A stretch of DNA of 64,000 bases from Amoebophrya sp. A120 (GCA_905178155.1 CAJINV010000002.1:6180476-6244475), one strand, 5' to 3'. Shown: positions 36,841-49,400, numbered from the stretch's first letter. The notes: generated by a model from the letters alone, not told the origin. Translations and numbers: made by a program.

Positions 36841-36929
36841 CTCGCGCACAAGATACGCGCGCAAGATAAAAAAACCAAAATTCTTGTGCAGATCACCTTA
36901 AGAGATGTGGAACAAGTACGTCAGCCTGG

Positions 36930-39900
36930 TCAAGCTTCCGCTGCGTCCCCCGCATCCGGTTCAGCTCCATCCGCGGCCTCTGTTCCGTCCTTGTTCTCCT
37001 GGCCGGCTACGGCAGCAGCATCATTCCCATCGGATGGAGTATTTACTCCTCCTACATCTGCAGCCTCCTCTGCAGGCACCGCCTGCTGCTCGGCCGGTTC
37101 CTCCCGCAGCAGGGCGCACCACGCGGGCTCTTCTTTCCCGGCGGCCTTCCAGTCTTGGTCGCAGCACTTTCCGTTATGGAAGCGTCACCAGGTTTGAAAT
37201 CGACAAAGTTGAAATGATTTGCCATGCATAAAATGGATACCAGTTGGAAGACCAATTTCCAAGCGGTGCATGACAAATTTCCCGAGCACCGGAATCCAAT
37301 TTGTCATGCTGTTTGGGCACAGAGGCCAGCTTTTGTCATGCTACTTTAGCAGCTCTATTTCAAACCCTAAACAGGCTGACTGTCGGCCTCAATTGCCATC
37401 CCGGCAAGACAGGCACTTCATGCATTGCATTTTATGCATGACAAATCGTTTCAACTTTGACGATTTCAATCCTGACAGATCCATATCCGTGCAAGTTCTG
37501 GTAGTCGCCCCGCACTTTGGGCGCCTCCATGTACTGCGGGCACTGGGGTCCCATACCCACTACGATGCCTGTCCCGGCGCTGTCCTCTTTCAGGGCAACT
37601 TCCAGGTTGCCCAGCGCCACCTGTCGGTCTTTGAGCCGCAGCAAGGTGCAGCGGAGATCCGTTGGCTCGAAGAAAAACACGTCGCAGCCGCCGGGCGAGT
37701 ATAGTGTCTTGGTTTTCATCCCGGTTTCTTGTTCAACAGCACCGCCAGCCTCGGTCCTCTGCGCCTCAACCTTGAAGTCGAAACAGGCCTTGGCGCACCC
37801 GTGCGCGTTCCTCGGCCACCCGCTCTCCCAGGGCTGCTGGAACAGCGGATCTTGGCACACCGCATCCCCGGACCCGTGCGTGACGCGCACCACGTCGAAA
37901 TAAGTGGTAAAATCCTCTTTCGTCAACTGGTAGTCTTCGTCGAAGCAACCGATCTTCTTCGTTTTGTCCTTCTTGTCCACGCTGCACTCCACTCCCGTGT
38001 CGCACGGGCGTGAGATGACGCTGCTGCAGCTCCCGTCCCCCTCCGCGGGTTCCAAAATCTGGCGCGTGACCGTTTGCCACCCAGTGCCACACTCATTTTC
38101 CGCCTTGCACTCGCTTACGGTTGTCTCCTCGGCGAGCACACAGTCCTTGCTGACTGGGCAGGCGTGTGTGTTGCACTCTTGTGACTCGGAGAAATCCGGC
38201 ATAGCTGAGCACGGCGCGCCCGTGGCGCTAGGGGTCATGGTAATCCGCTTCGTGCGCGTCTGCGTGCCTGTGTCGCACAATTTGTCACAAGCGCTCCAAG
38301 GAAGCCACGTTTCCGAGAGTGTGCAGTTGACCGGTACGACAGGCACCGGGGTTGTGGTCGTCAGCAGCACGCAGACAACCACGCTGGCGCAGGTTATTCC
38401 AGCGTTGTCGTCGGAAAAGCCCACAAACAAATTTTGTCCGTGCACAATGCGATAGTTGCCCTCGGAATAGTCAAAGCAACTCATGTATGGCCCGGAAAAG
38501 AAAAACTGCTTCAGACTGGTGCCGTTTCTACAGCATGCCAACGTGAATTGAAAGAAACTATTTTTTGCACCAGAACATGCATCATGACAAGTTTCCATTG
38601 TCCGCGCGAAAAAAAAGAACTGCCATCCGTACTCCCTCCGTTCTTGGGGATAAACAGAAGAGATGGAAAAGCTAAAGTGCCATGATCGCTAGATTCTAAT
38701 AATTAGAATCTAGCGCGGCAGTGGCAGACACCTCCGCGACAATTACTTATTTTGCACCATCCTCTGCAATGGTATTGGTACTAGGTCGTACTTACAAAAG
38801 AATCCTCAGAGTGCAGCAGTTTTTTTGTACGATATCTCGCGTGCATCCTGGTTCCGATCGTCCAGGTCGCACCGGTTCATGCCGACCTGATCCAGTCCTT
38901 TGCTGGTGTCCCGGAAATGCAAGTCTTTACCGTCCTCCCCGCCGCCCTTGCCGTCGTCTTCAAACGCCCATACATTGTACAGGTTGGCCGGATCGCTCGG
39001 AGACAAAGCGGGGTCGCAGTTCTGATCCTGCACTTGTGCGCCTTTTGAGGTTAGCAATTCCTTTTTCCGGCAAGCGTTGTACAAGTCCGATTTGGTGTCC
39101 TACGTAAAAACATCCCCACCACATCAATCTATCATGATGAACTGATACTACGGCTAAGTTCTGTTCCAGCACAAATCATAGAGAAGTTCTGGTCCGACTG
39201 CGACTTCTTGCGCATGAAATACAATTGGGTCCTCAGAAACATCAGACTGTGCGCAGTGCATCAGTCTCGGCGAGCTAGTACAGCCTCACCTTGTTTGTCG
39301 TAAGCATCACTTCTACATATCCATATGAAAAAAGCACTACAAAATGAAAATCGACATGCCTCTCCAGCTGGAGACCGACGAGGCATATTCAGTATTAAAG
39401 TACACCTACACGTATACATAATACTGAAAAATCAATGTCTCCATGCCAACGCCGTCCGCATTTGCCTGTCGGAACAGAAGTTCACGCACGGACAAATCTG
39501 CTCGACCACACATTGGGGGTGGTAGGCACGTTTCTGCGCAGGATACTTTGGACTGTGCACCATCGGAAGCTCGTCCCAAGAATACGCGGGAGTGTAGCGC
39601 CAGCGTCCACCTCGATAGTCCCACCCATTTTCTCCTCGGACCCCGAGCATGTCCTGCAGATTCCAGCCGGACTTGACCATGCGATCCTCTTTCGCGTTGA
39701 AGGGCGCCACCGCGTTTTTCCCCTCGCCGGAGGTGATCCACGTGGAAATCTCGCCGCGGTCCGTTTCTCGTTTGTGTTCGTGACGCAGTCCCCACCGACT
39801 GTTCGCGCAGCCCCCTCCGTTTTTATTGTGACAAGAGATCCAGGAGTGTGTCGTGCCGCCCCGGTGCCGCAGCGTGATCTGCTGTATGCCGTGTCCGCCA

Positions 39901-40892
39901 ATTTTTGGCAGGTGAAAGTGCCCCGTCTGCGTGTAGTCCGCATTGCCACCGTAACAGATTCGGTGGTCGGTGTTTTTATCCCCATCTAACCATTTCTGAT
40001 CATTGGGTTGTACCATTCTGTATGAGTGCTCCTCCTCGCCCCCCAATACGGCATCGACGCCGGCCTTGTGCACGGAGGACATGCCGCTAATCACGAGTGG
40101 GGTCTCAATGTCACTGTTCTGGCACGGATTTGGTTCACCTTCTTTCAGCGGGAAAATGATCCGCCGCAGTCCCAGGCCGTCGTGATAGTCGAACCAATTT
40201 TCCTGGTTGTTGTAAAGCTCTTCCAAATACGCATCAATCTCGGTTTGAGGCATCTTGATGCGAAGGTTCTTTGCAGCTTCTTCCGCGGCGGCGTCCGCAT
40301 CGGCGAGTTGCCCTTTGGAAGTTGCACTTGCACCAACGCCCGTCCGCAGGAAAGACGAGGCAGAGTTAGCGGAGGACGACGTGCTCAACAACTCTGAGCC
40401 GGTGTAGTCGGCGTGGTCCCCGTGTTTGATATTGTCCTGAATAGCCTTATTCTTTTTGTTCATCCTCCCGCCCGGGCGGTTTTCGGTAGGAGGAGGAGAC
40501 CCTTCACTGAGATGATCACTCCGCGACAACGCGCTGCTGCTACTGGTGAACGAGGGGCCCGTCCCGGTCGCGGCAGCTAATTGTATGCGCCGCAGAGGTT
40601 GTTGAGCATGAGCACCCCGTCCCATAGTCCCCTCTTGCGTGTCTGTCCGGCGCCTCAATTCCAGCGCAGCGGCGCGAGTGAAACCAGTGTAGTTGCTGTA
40701 GAACATCAAAATTTGTTGCCGCGCGACGAGGAGAGCAGAGCCAAAGAGGCTCTTGCTACATGTTCTTCGTGTAGACGAGAGCGGCAACATGCTTGGACGC
40801 GACGCCGACAGGGGAGTGTTTCCCTCTGCCGCCAGCGACGCAGAGCCGTTTCCCGACCGCGGCCGCGCGGAGCAGAACGCGCTCGACAACAT
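36930..40892 (-). CDS. Cys-rich extracellular protein with thrombospondin type-1 repeats (adhesin/microneme-like); three introners
   Basis: WLPWSACDKLCDTGTQTRTK...ECNTHACP plus a second degenerate TSR. ORFs join after removing 39096-39545, 38486-38834 and 37175-37485, each with 5 bp of flank. Start uncertain. Confidence 0.75.
37175..37485. mobile_element. Introner family E, 311 bp, ~60-bp imperfect TIR, TSD TCCGT
   Basis: tatgga...tgaaatcgacaaagttgaaatgatttgccatgcataaaatg is mirrored at the right end. In-frame join NLHG|KCCDQDW. Confidence 0.92.
38486..38834. mobile_element. Degenerate introner, 349 bp, flanks TCATG/TCTCG
   Basis: tatgg...aaaaactgct / agcagttttttt...gata; contains catgacaa. 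Removal with 5 bp gives DARE|SCFDYSEG. Confidence 0.7.
38687..38715. repeat. Perfect palindrome with 14-bp arms and a 1-nt spacer
   Basis: cgctagattctaat-a-attagaatctagcg. Confidence 0.9.
39096..39545. mobile_element. Degenerate family-C-like introner, 450 bp
   Basis: tgtcctacgtaaaaacatcccc and reverse complement tatcctgcgcagaaacgtgcc both resemble family C ends. Removal with 5 bp gives HSPK|SDLYNAC. Flanks match 3/5. Confidence 0.55.
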
Positions 40893-41769
40893 CCCGATTG
40901 AATTTGTACGTGAGTTGCTTTTGCGGTTCACGGAATTGAAGAAAAATCTCCAACTGCTTCGCTTTGTCTTCAAAAGCAGCCGTATCAACTACGTGTTGTA
41001 CGATTCGAATTCTTGCTAATTCATCTAGTCCACAACGTCAATAAAGTCAAAACTCGCACTTGGGTTGTTGAAAAAAGGAAAAACAAAAAGACCTGTGGTG
41101 CCAGAATTCAAAAACGAAGCATTTTTACGCGTGTTCTCACACTGGAGTGCTATGCAGTCCGGGTGTTGGTGTAGCAACCACACTACGTCAACAAAACCTA
41201 GAGCTTCTACTCCGGCACCTTTCCGGAAAAAACGAACGATGAGAAAGTCAGAACGGATGGAAAAGTACGATTTAGATTTTCGTTGCTGTTTACGAAGGAT
41301 GTCGTGAACGAAGGAAGTGCCGGAATTATGGACTTCTGTACGAATTTCTCTTAAACGTCGCAAACGAGAACGAACAGTGGTTTTGGACGAGGACACGAAT
41401 TTGAATCAATTTCTACGCGCAAAACAAACCTCGTATAACCTGAAGCACCAAAGATAGTACTAGCGAAGTTGAAAGATGCGATGATCTGTTTAAGTAGTAT
41501 GGCTTTCACTTTCGACGAACGGAAGGACGACAGGCCGTGGAAATCGAACACGAGAAGCTGTGGCTCGCAGTACTTCTTTTTGGGTGGCAACCACGACCGA
41601 GACGCCTCGGGAGATGTTAGGACGTTCGGTTTGCGACCAAGCAGAAAACGTGCGTCTACAGCTAGTGAGTAGTGACTCTGATCTTCAGTAGATACCGTTC
41701 TCTATACGCAGAAGATGTCGCTGAAGAAGTACATTTATTTTCAAGCTTTATCTTGTTGTTATGCTTATG

Positions 41770-43186
41770 CTATTCCTTCGGTGGATGGCACATGTTTTCC
41801 TTTTTGTCAAACCGCATAAACTTTTTCGGCTGATTTTTTGCGAATTTTCGCAAACTCGTGTAGCCAAGAATTTCCGGCGTAAACCCCTTCACCACGCTCT
41901 CCAGAACCTGTGGAAAGTTTCGATTAGGACGTGATTTTAAAGAATTACACTCCATCTCCATGTAGATGCAAGATGAAATGCCACTGGCGCTTCCACGAAG
42001 AAGTCTATGATCTCCATGTTTTGATGCATTGCTGTATTCTCTGAGCTGTGATGAAGAGCACGTACCTACTAAAAACAGAATCACTTAAAAGAAAATATCA
42101 CCTTTGGGATTTCCTCGAGGGAGCACGGGCCCGTTTTCAGTAAGACGTGCCGCAGGGCTTTCCGCACGTGCTGCTCCCGCTTGAATTGCTTCTCAGCCTC
42201 TTCGGGACTCACGTTCAAAATTTCCTTTGCGTCCTCGTCCTCGTCGCTATCTTTTATCGAGTAAAAAAGTGTTTTAGCATTAACGGATTTGAGAAATTGC
42301 AGTCATGCATGACAAATTTCGTCTTTCATGCATGCACATGCAATACAAAAAGAAATTTGGGTATCAAGAACATTTCTCATCAAGAACATTCCTCATACAT
42401 TACTGCATTCGAAATTCCGTTTAACGGTAACACTTTTTGGTGTGATATCTTCGCTGTCCTCCTCGTCCGCGCTCTCGTTGTCGTCGCTGTCGTCCTGGTC
42501 CTGTGGCGTTTATTATTTTCGTGAACATAAAAAGAAGATGGGGCTCATACAACAAGCGTAGTAAGCCTTTTGAAAAGGTAATCTTCCTTCTTTTGTAAGG
42601 TGCACGATTATTTTCGTCTGGCGCTAATATAGGAAATTTTCTACCGTGGTAGTACTACAGCACTGCTACATCGTCACTATGGTATTATAGTACTGGTATT
42701 ATAATATAGATTTACCTTTTCTTCGTCTCTGCCTCCCTTCTTGTTGGCTTCCTCCTCCGCTATCTTCGCTAGTTCCGGGTTCGCTTCGAGTTTTTTTCTT
42801 TGCTCCTGGTGGAAAGAGATCAATTTCATGATCAACTCCTCTTTTCCCCCCTTCTTCCCCAGGCCCCGCTCCTGGCACGCCTCCGCCAGCTCGGTTTTCG
42901 AGTACGCGTCCCATTGCGCGTCCTTGAAAATCTTGAACGCCTTCTCCTTGCCTTTTTTACCACCTTGGTCGGAGGACGTGCTTGCACTATTTGAAGATGT
43001 TCCAGTAGCACCAGCTTCCAGTGCCTGCATCTCCTCGGCGTGTTTCGCCTCGAGCTGCTCCAGCTCCTTCTCAAATTTCTCCTTCATGGCCCCCTTTGCC
43101 TTCTTCAACTGCTTCTCTATCCCCGTCCGCTCCTCCTTTTGCTTGTTGAGGAGGCGGGAACGCTCTTTTTTCAAATCGTCGGACAT
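41770..43186 (-). CDS. SAP-domain plus C-terminal LOTUS (OST-HTH)-like protein; two GT-AG introns plus an introner
   Basis: SAP-like YSKTELAEACQERGLGKKGGKEELIMKL; spliced tail VRKALRHVLLKTGPCSLEEIPK|VLESVVKGFTPEILGYTSLRKF fits the LOTUS pattern. Confidence 0.75.
42255..42447. mobile_element. Introner (single-copy family I), 193 bp, flanks TCTTT/TCTTC
   Basis: tatcgagtaaaaaagtgtt versus reverse complement tatcacaccaaaaagtgtt; contains gcatgacaaa. In-frame join EDSE|DSDEDE. Confidence 0.8.
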
Positions 43187-43944
43187 GTTCGGATAAGTTC
43201 GTGAATAACAGAAAAAGAAAAAAGTTTCAATACGACAAACTACACATACACTGTGGAGTGATGAATACAATCCTAGGCAGGAGTCTACCTCGAAACCATT
43301 TGTCGCTTCTTCTAACAGAGTTTCTCCCGCTTGCCTTGCTTCTTAATCCTGTTCTTGCTGTCTTTTGATAAGTGCGACCATACATTTTCCAACATAATTT
43401 GTACCGAAGACAGAAATGGACACATCTGGTTCTGCCGCAGCTTTTATGACCCATGTTGCAAAATCATATGCAGTTCTGACCAACATCCACGATCCAGTAA
43501 GTGTCTTTTGCTATTCGGTGATAGACCATGCATACAAGCGATTTCTCCAATGTATGATCGCAGGCGTTGACATGCACTCCATTTTGACTTTCCGACTCAA
43601 GCGAGTTCTTGACAAGCATGATTTTGAAGAAAGCATCATTCTCCATGAGCTCGGTGCAAGCCACGTTTGATTTCACACCGCACTTATCTTTTGGCTAAAC
43701 GAAGCGCAAATGAGACAGAAAAAATTTCTGCTGTGGACCGAATCGGATTCGGATCAGGATCTTCAATTTTCGAAGAAAAAAACGGATGAACAACATTCAT
43801 TTTCTTCGATGTCTTTCAGATGAAGACAATTTCTGGACTGGGATTCATCATAAACGTCGAAAAACGGGATGAGTTCTTGGAAATCCTACACGCGGCCCGC
43901 TCATTGGCTTAGACGAATGATAAATATATTCCGTTAGTTATACC

Positions 43945-43977
43945 GTCGATAGTACTGAGACTCTCAGTACTATCGAC
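43945..43977. repeat. Perfect palindrome with 16-bp arms and a 1-nt spacer
   Basis: gtcgatagtactgaga-c-tctcagtactatcgac. Confidence 0.9.
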
Positions 43978-44089
43978 TGGTTCAATATTAGTGAATAAGT
44001 ATCTACAGATTGTAAATAAAATAACAGAGACTAGTCGTCTTCTGTACCTAACAAATAAGTACCATCTTCAGCATTTGCCTTTCTTTGTC

Positions 44090-45136
44090 TTATTTGCTAA
44101 TCCGTTGCTTCTTTTGGGCTGGGGTTCCTGCCTCCGGCTGGGCCTTTTTGTCTGCGGAACAAGAGGACTTAGCCGTCTTCGATCTGATGAAGAGGTAATG
44201 CAAGGCGATAGGGTCCTCGTTCTCTTCGGGCTGCACACGGGGCTGGTCGTGAAGATGATCCCGACGTGATTCATTTTCTCCCTGATTTCTATTATGTTGA
44301 CCCCGTGCCGCGACTGCGTCCGTAATAGTTCTGTTCCAGAGTGCCTTGTTGTCTGCCAGCACTTCTCGCCACCTTTCATACCTCCTCCGTTCTTGTCGCC
44401 TCACGAGCCGGTTGATTTCCCGGTCTCGCGCCCTCCCCGCCAACCCTCTGCGAGCCGCCTCGTCCTCCGCATCCCGCAGAATCCTCTGGTGCCGCCTCGT
44501 CTCTACGTCGTTCCTCGGCATAAGCTGCTCCTCTCCACTCTCGGCCCACTTGCAATCCGCCCGGGAGCCGAGAAAGCGACCGGCTAGCACACCCCAGGGC
44601 CCCTCGGAAAAGCAGTCGCCCGGCCCGAAGAACGGGCTTTGTTGTTTTTCTGCGTTCCCGGCGAACCGCTCCTGCGTGGTGATAAGCTCGACTGTTTCTT
44701 CGTCCAGGGGTAGGACTGCGCGCCACAGGAGCTCCTCGTCGGGTTTTAACCAATTCTCCTCGACCTCTTCCGGTGTCGCTTGCTGGGACGCCAGGAACTC
44801 GAGCACGCGCACGCCGAAGAGTGGCCGCGGGTTGCCTCGCCCGGACACAATGCATTGCAGCACAACTCGGTCGGCCTCGGGAAGCCGGTCTTTTATCTTG
44901 GAAAACGCGGCATCCATGCGTTGCAACCGCACGTCCCTCAAATCGGGTGGGGCTTCGTCTTCGGAAGTAGCCACTGACGTTGTCGAGGAGGCGGTGCTCT
45001 CCAGCTTTGCATTGCGCTCGCCGTCCTCGTCCTGCACACCGGTCACAAGAACTCGAGATGAGATTGCCAGAGAAACCCCGACCGCGCCGGCGGCGAATAG
45101 GAATGCCAGGAATACACGGGGAAAAACTTTCAACAT
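44090..45136 (-). CDS. Hypothetical secreted protein, 348 aa
   Basis: N-terminal hydrophobic signal-like MLKVFPRVFLAFLFAAGAVGVSLA; no recognised domain. Confidence 0.7.
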   Translation of the reverse strand: MLKVFPRVFLAFLFAAGAVGVSLAISSRVLVTGVQDEDGERNAKLESTASSTTSVATSEDEAPPDLRDVRLQRMDAAFSKIKDRLPEADRVVLQCIVSGRGNPRPLFGVRVLEFLASQQATPEEVEENWLKPDEELLWRAVLPLDEETVELITTQERFAGNAEKQQSPFFGPGDCFSEGPWGVLAGRFLGSRADCKWAESGEEQLMPRNDVETRRHQRILRDAEDEAARRGLAGRARDREINRLVRRQERRRYERWREVLADNKALWNRTITDAVAARGQHNRNQGENESRRDHLHDQPRVQPEENEDPIALHYLFIRSKTAKSSCSADKKAQPEAGTPAQKKQRISK

Positions 45137-46435
45137 TCTGTGAGAATTATGAATCGGAGGTTGTACTTGATGCCCATCAAAATGCTAATATGAGGTGTCG
45201 CGCAGCTTTCAACAAAAAAAAATAGAAACGGCCGAACCTGAATCTGAAAAAATCAAAGTGAAACACAAGCGAAGAAGGAACAACAGGAGAAGTAGTCGGG
45301 GGCAGTTTGTTATTACTTAATCAATGTTCCAAACGTTTTAATGTGAGCGTAGCGGGCCAATACTCCGCATACAGCATCCATTACATTCATTTTTTTAAAT
45401 AAGTGTCTGAAGTGTTCATCTGGTGACTGTTTTCAATCATGAGGACTCCTGTTGATTCACAAGAAAGTGCGGAAATTCGTTTCGATATAGATAGATGTCC
45501 GCATCAAACGTGACCTATTTGGATAATATGACAGAATAGTTCGTCTTCGTATTTTTTGAAGGGAGAGTAGCGCTTTACTTCTTGTCCGGGTTACAACTAA
45601 GGGTCTTCCGAGGAAGAGGGTGCGTTTCATCGTCTGTCATCCTTTCCTTGGTTAGTACAAATGCAGTTTTCATGTCCCAATTTTTACCTCTTCCAACGCT
45701 GCTTTGCTTCTCATGTCGCCGATAAGTGCGCCATGCGAAAAAAAAAAATCATTCAGATCCACCTCGTTTTATCTGAAGCCAATATCAAACAGCATTTACC
45801 TCTTTCTCCTTTCATCTTGCGAAGTTCTACAGTTGTCATCGCTTCTTTCGGAATGGAGCCTAGTAGACGCTACTGCCAACATCACTAGCTCTGACAGAAG
45901 TTCATCATCATCTTCTATGTCTCTTGTATAAAAAATTGTTCATTTGTTTTCGTGGGTACAAAAAAATCTGGGTAGTGTAAATAGGTACATACGGGGTTGC
46001 GAAAATTAGGACATTTTTTGGTCTTGGAACTCAATCCGCGAGAGTATCTGCATCTCGATCGTTTGTTTTTATACAACATACTTAATCGGATATCAAACAA
46101 TCGCGATGCATCGCTCCTCTTTGCCTGGTTAGAGGACAGCGACAAAAAAGCAAAATCTACCCATCTCCAAGAAGAGGAAAAAAAGAAAAAAGTTGTGGGC
46201 AATGAATAACAAAAAAAAACACTCCAAATTGTCCGAAATTTAGAGAGTCGAACAACTACAGAAGTGTTCGTGAAGAAACAAGCCCGCCATCGAAACCATA
46301 CATTTACAGCATTTTCGCGGTGAGTTGTTTTCTTCTTGTCGCTGCTACTTACAACAAGAAAAATCTTCAATCGAGCCCCCCTAAAACTTCTGGTACCAGA
46401 ATTTCATTGTCTGCTTGTAGTTCCACCCCGGTGGA

Positions 46436-49400
46436 TTATGTACTGCTTGCAGTAGTTCCCGCGGGTGCGGCAACTGCGGCCGGAGGAGTACTAGATTTGC
46501 CGCCTGCGGTGGTCGCTGATGTCGTCCCGGCTCCACCAATTCCAACCATCGCGCTAATCAAGTTCATGCCGGTCGGCACAGCAGCACCTCCACCTCCGCC
46601 AGAAGATAAAAACCCAGCACCTGCGGTTGCCCCACTCGAAGATGCGGTAGTGCCAGCTTGTGCACCAGTCGACGACGTTCCCCCGATGGACAGGTTGTGC
46701 ACCTCCTGCATCAACGAGTCAAAGTAATTCAGCGGGGCCTTCATGATGCACTTCAGCGGGGCGATCACTTGCTGCTCTTTTCTGCAAAAGCTCCCGTCCG
46801 GCAAGGAGCAGAGTTCGATGATCTTTTTCGGGTCGTCCCGGTCGGTCAAACTGATGCCGAACGAAACCAGCACCTCCACGCGGTAACGCTGCAGCGTGGT
46901 CGCGTCCTTCGGGACGTTTTTCAGTTCGAAACACCGGAGCACGAGGTGCGACATGTAGGACATGTCGGTTAAATCAGAAATCACGTCCCAGTCGTAGTAC
47001 ACCCCCTCGGGAAGCTGGTCATCCACATCGTACGATCCTCCGTAGTTGTTATTGTCCGAGCTGCTGTCGTTCCCGGCTGAGGACTGCCCGCTGTTGCTGT
47101 TGGAAACCATACCGTGCTGGTTTTGGTGGTTCTTCATGGGCCGGAAGTATGCCAGTATGTTCAAAAAAGTGTGCATGGTACTAGCTGACGTGACGTACAC
47201 GCGGGACCGGATCGTGTTCAGATTGTCCGTTCGGTTCGGAAACCAATCCTCGCCCTTCCACTTGTACTCGTTTTTGATCGTCTTTTGCTTCTGCTGCGCG
47301 CTGGATGCGGTGGCGGGAGCTGGTGCTCCTCCGGCAGGGTGGGTCGAGGCAGATGCTGAACCGGCGGTCGTTCCTCCTGACTGGGCACCTACTATCGCGG
47401 GGGGATTGGACAGTGACTTTTCCAGTTTTTTTGCAGTGGAAGAGCTTTTGCTTTGCTGATCTACTTCTCCGACGAGATTGGTACTATTGGTCTGCTCTTG
47501 TGGCTTGGTCGAAGTAGTAGAACCAACATTACTGTTGGAACTACCTGCTGCATTATTCCCCTGCTCCTGCGCTTGCCCAGATGATGTAGAAGCTGCAACT
47601 GCACCGGCGGTCGTGCCGATCACACTGGCACTTGCTTTTGATTTTTTCTCTACCTCCGCTTGCGCTGCAGCTGCTGCTGCCGTTCCAGTCCCAGTCGCGC
47701 GGCCGCTCATGCCGGTATTCCTGGTCAATCTCTCGACTTCACTGCCGGCTAGCAGTCGATCCTGTTCCTTACTCAAGTGCGCATTCACCGCGCGGTCGGC
47801 TTCGGAAATCTTCTTGTTTTGAAGACTACTAGCAGCAGCATCGACTGCCCCTCCATTCGAAGCGACACTGGAAACCGCGGTCCCAGCACTCCCGGCCGTA
47901 CGGTTCGCGGGCGAAACGGCGCCGGAAGACTGCTTCTGAATTTCGGGCGACGAGCTTATCAGCGGCACGATCTGATTCAAGGGTGAGTCCGTTACACTAG
48001 CGGTTTTGTTCGTTCGACTATTGTCCGATAATCCGCTATTTTGCCTCTGGTTTTTTTCCAACTTCTGATCCGGACTCTCGTTGGACATCTCGCTGTTTGC
48101 TGTCTCTGTTTTAATATCTTCATCTACTTTTGATTTTTCACCATAATTGTCCGGTATCAACATCCCACCGGATATTGACCCTGCGTATTCGGACAGAGGT
48201 GTGGTTGGCTGGAGCAAGGAACCACTAGACGTTCCCCCTTGTTGTAGCTGTCCACCGCCCGGAGCGACAGACGCCTTCTCCTTCGACGGTTTTGTTTTCT
48301 TCTTCGTCTTCCCAACAATGTCCGAAAATTCCTCCTTCTCATTCACCTGCTGCTGCACATCTGCCTCGTACGTCTCGCGCAGCTGTCGCAGCGCCTCCTC
48401 CCGGGTCGTCGTGTCGGGGTATAGCATCGACGTGGTTCGGTCGCCATTATTTGCAGTGGATCCGGTGTTTCCATTTAATATTCTCGACGCAGCAGCTCCC
48501 TGCTGATCTACTAGCAGCTTCGTACTAGTACTATTGGGGAACGTCGTATTAGTTCCAATTGCAGTTGTCCTAGGCGTCGCGTGCAGTAAACTCGGTTCCG
48601 GGCTGCCTTTTCCAGAAGAACCAGTTTCCGCGAACGCCGGGCCCGGACTCTGGGTGCTGCTGTTTGCTCCTGCTCCTGCAAGAGCCGGAACAACCGCCTC
48701 GGGGTTACTCGACGAAGTAGCGCGCGACAGCCCCGAAGCCAAGGACGGCGATAGATGCATGGGATTCTGGTTTGGATCATTTGGAAACAAATTGTTGTTT
48801 TCCATCATCTCGCTGTGTTTCTGCAGGTCAGAGGAAGAAATAAATTCTTGGTGTACTACTGCAACCGCAGGCTGCGACGTCTGAGGACCACGATGGCCCT
48901 GCTCCAGAACCTTGTCGCTGATTTGCACGCCTGATGTCACAACCCTCGTCGACTGTTTCTTCGTCGAGTCATCGCTGTACGGCTCCATCTTCATATCTTT
49001 CGTTGCGAGAGAACTGTGGAAGGAGGTGGAATCGGTTGGAGCAGCTGTCGTGCTAAGCTGGGGTGCCCCACCACGTCCTTGATTGTTATTATTTTCAGCA
49101 ACTACTATACTTCTCGCCGGTTCGGCCACGGGCGTTGGCGCGCCGCTTGTGATGTGCATCTGGCTCGACGCGGAGAGCGTGGACGGGGACGAGAGCGAGA
49201 CGTGCATAATTTGTGCATGATTCTCAGCACCAGGTAGTTGTCCCGCCGTTGAAGATGCGACAGAACTTTTTCCGCCAGCGGGGCCCGCCACGGGCGACAG
49301 GCTCGGGGAGGGAGTGCTTTGCTTTCGACCCGCAGCTTCGACGTCCCCTGCAGTTGTTTCTAGCGCCGGCGCTGGGGGTCGGGTTTTGGTACTACTATTG

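Noticed and set aside
38630-38643. TACTCCCTCCGTTC resembling a Stowaway/mariner TIR
   Set aside because: No matching inverted end was found nearby; probably chance.
39290-39312. Possible 23-nt micro-exon with AG/GT flanks in the TSP1 gene
   Set aside because: A single degenerate introner (39096-39545) explains the frame more simply. Not excluded without RNA data.
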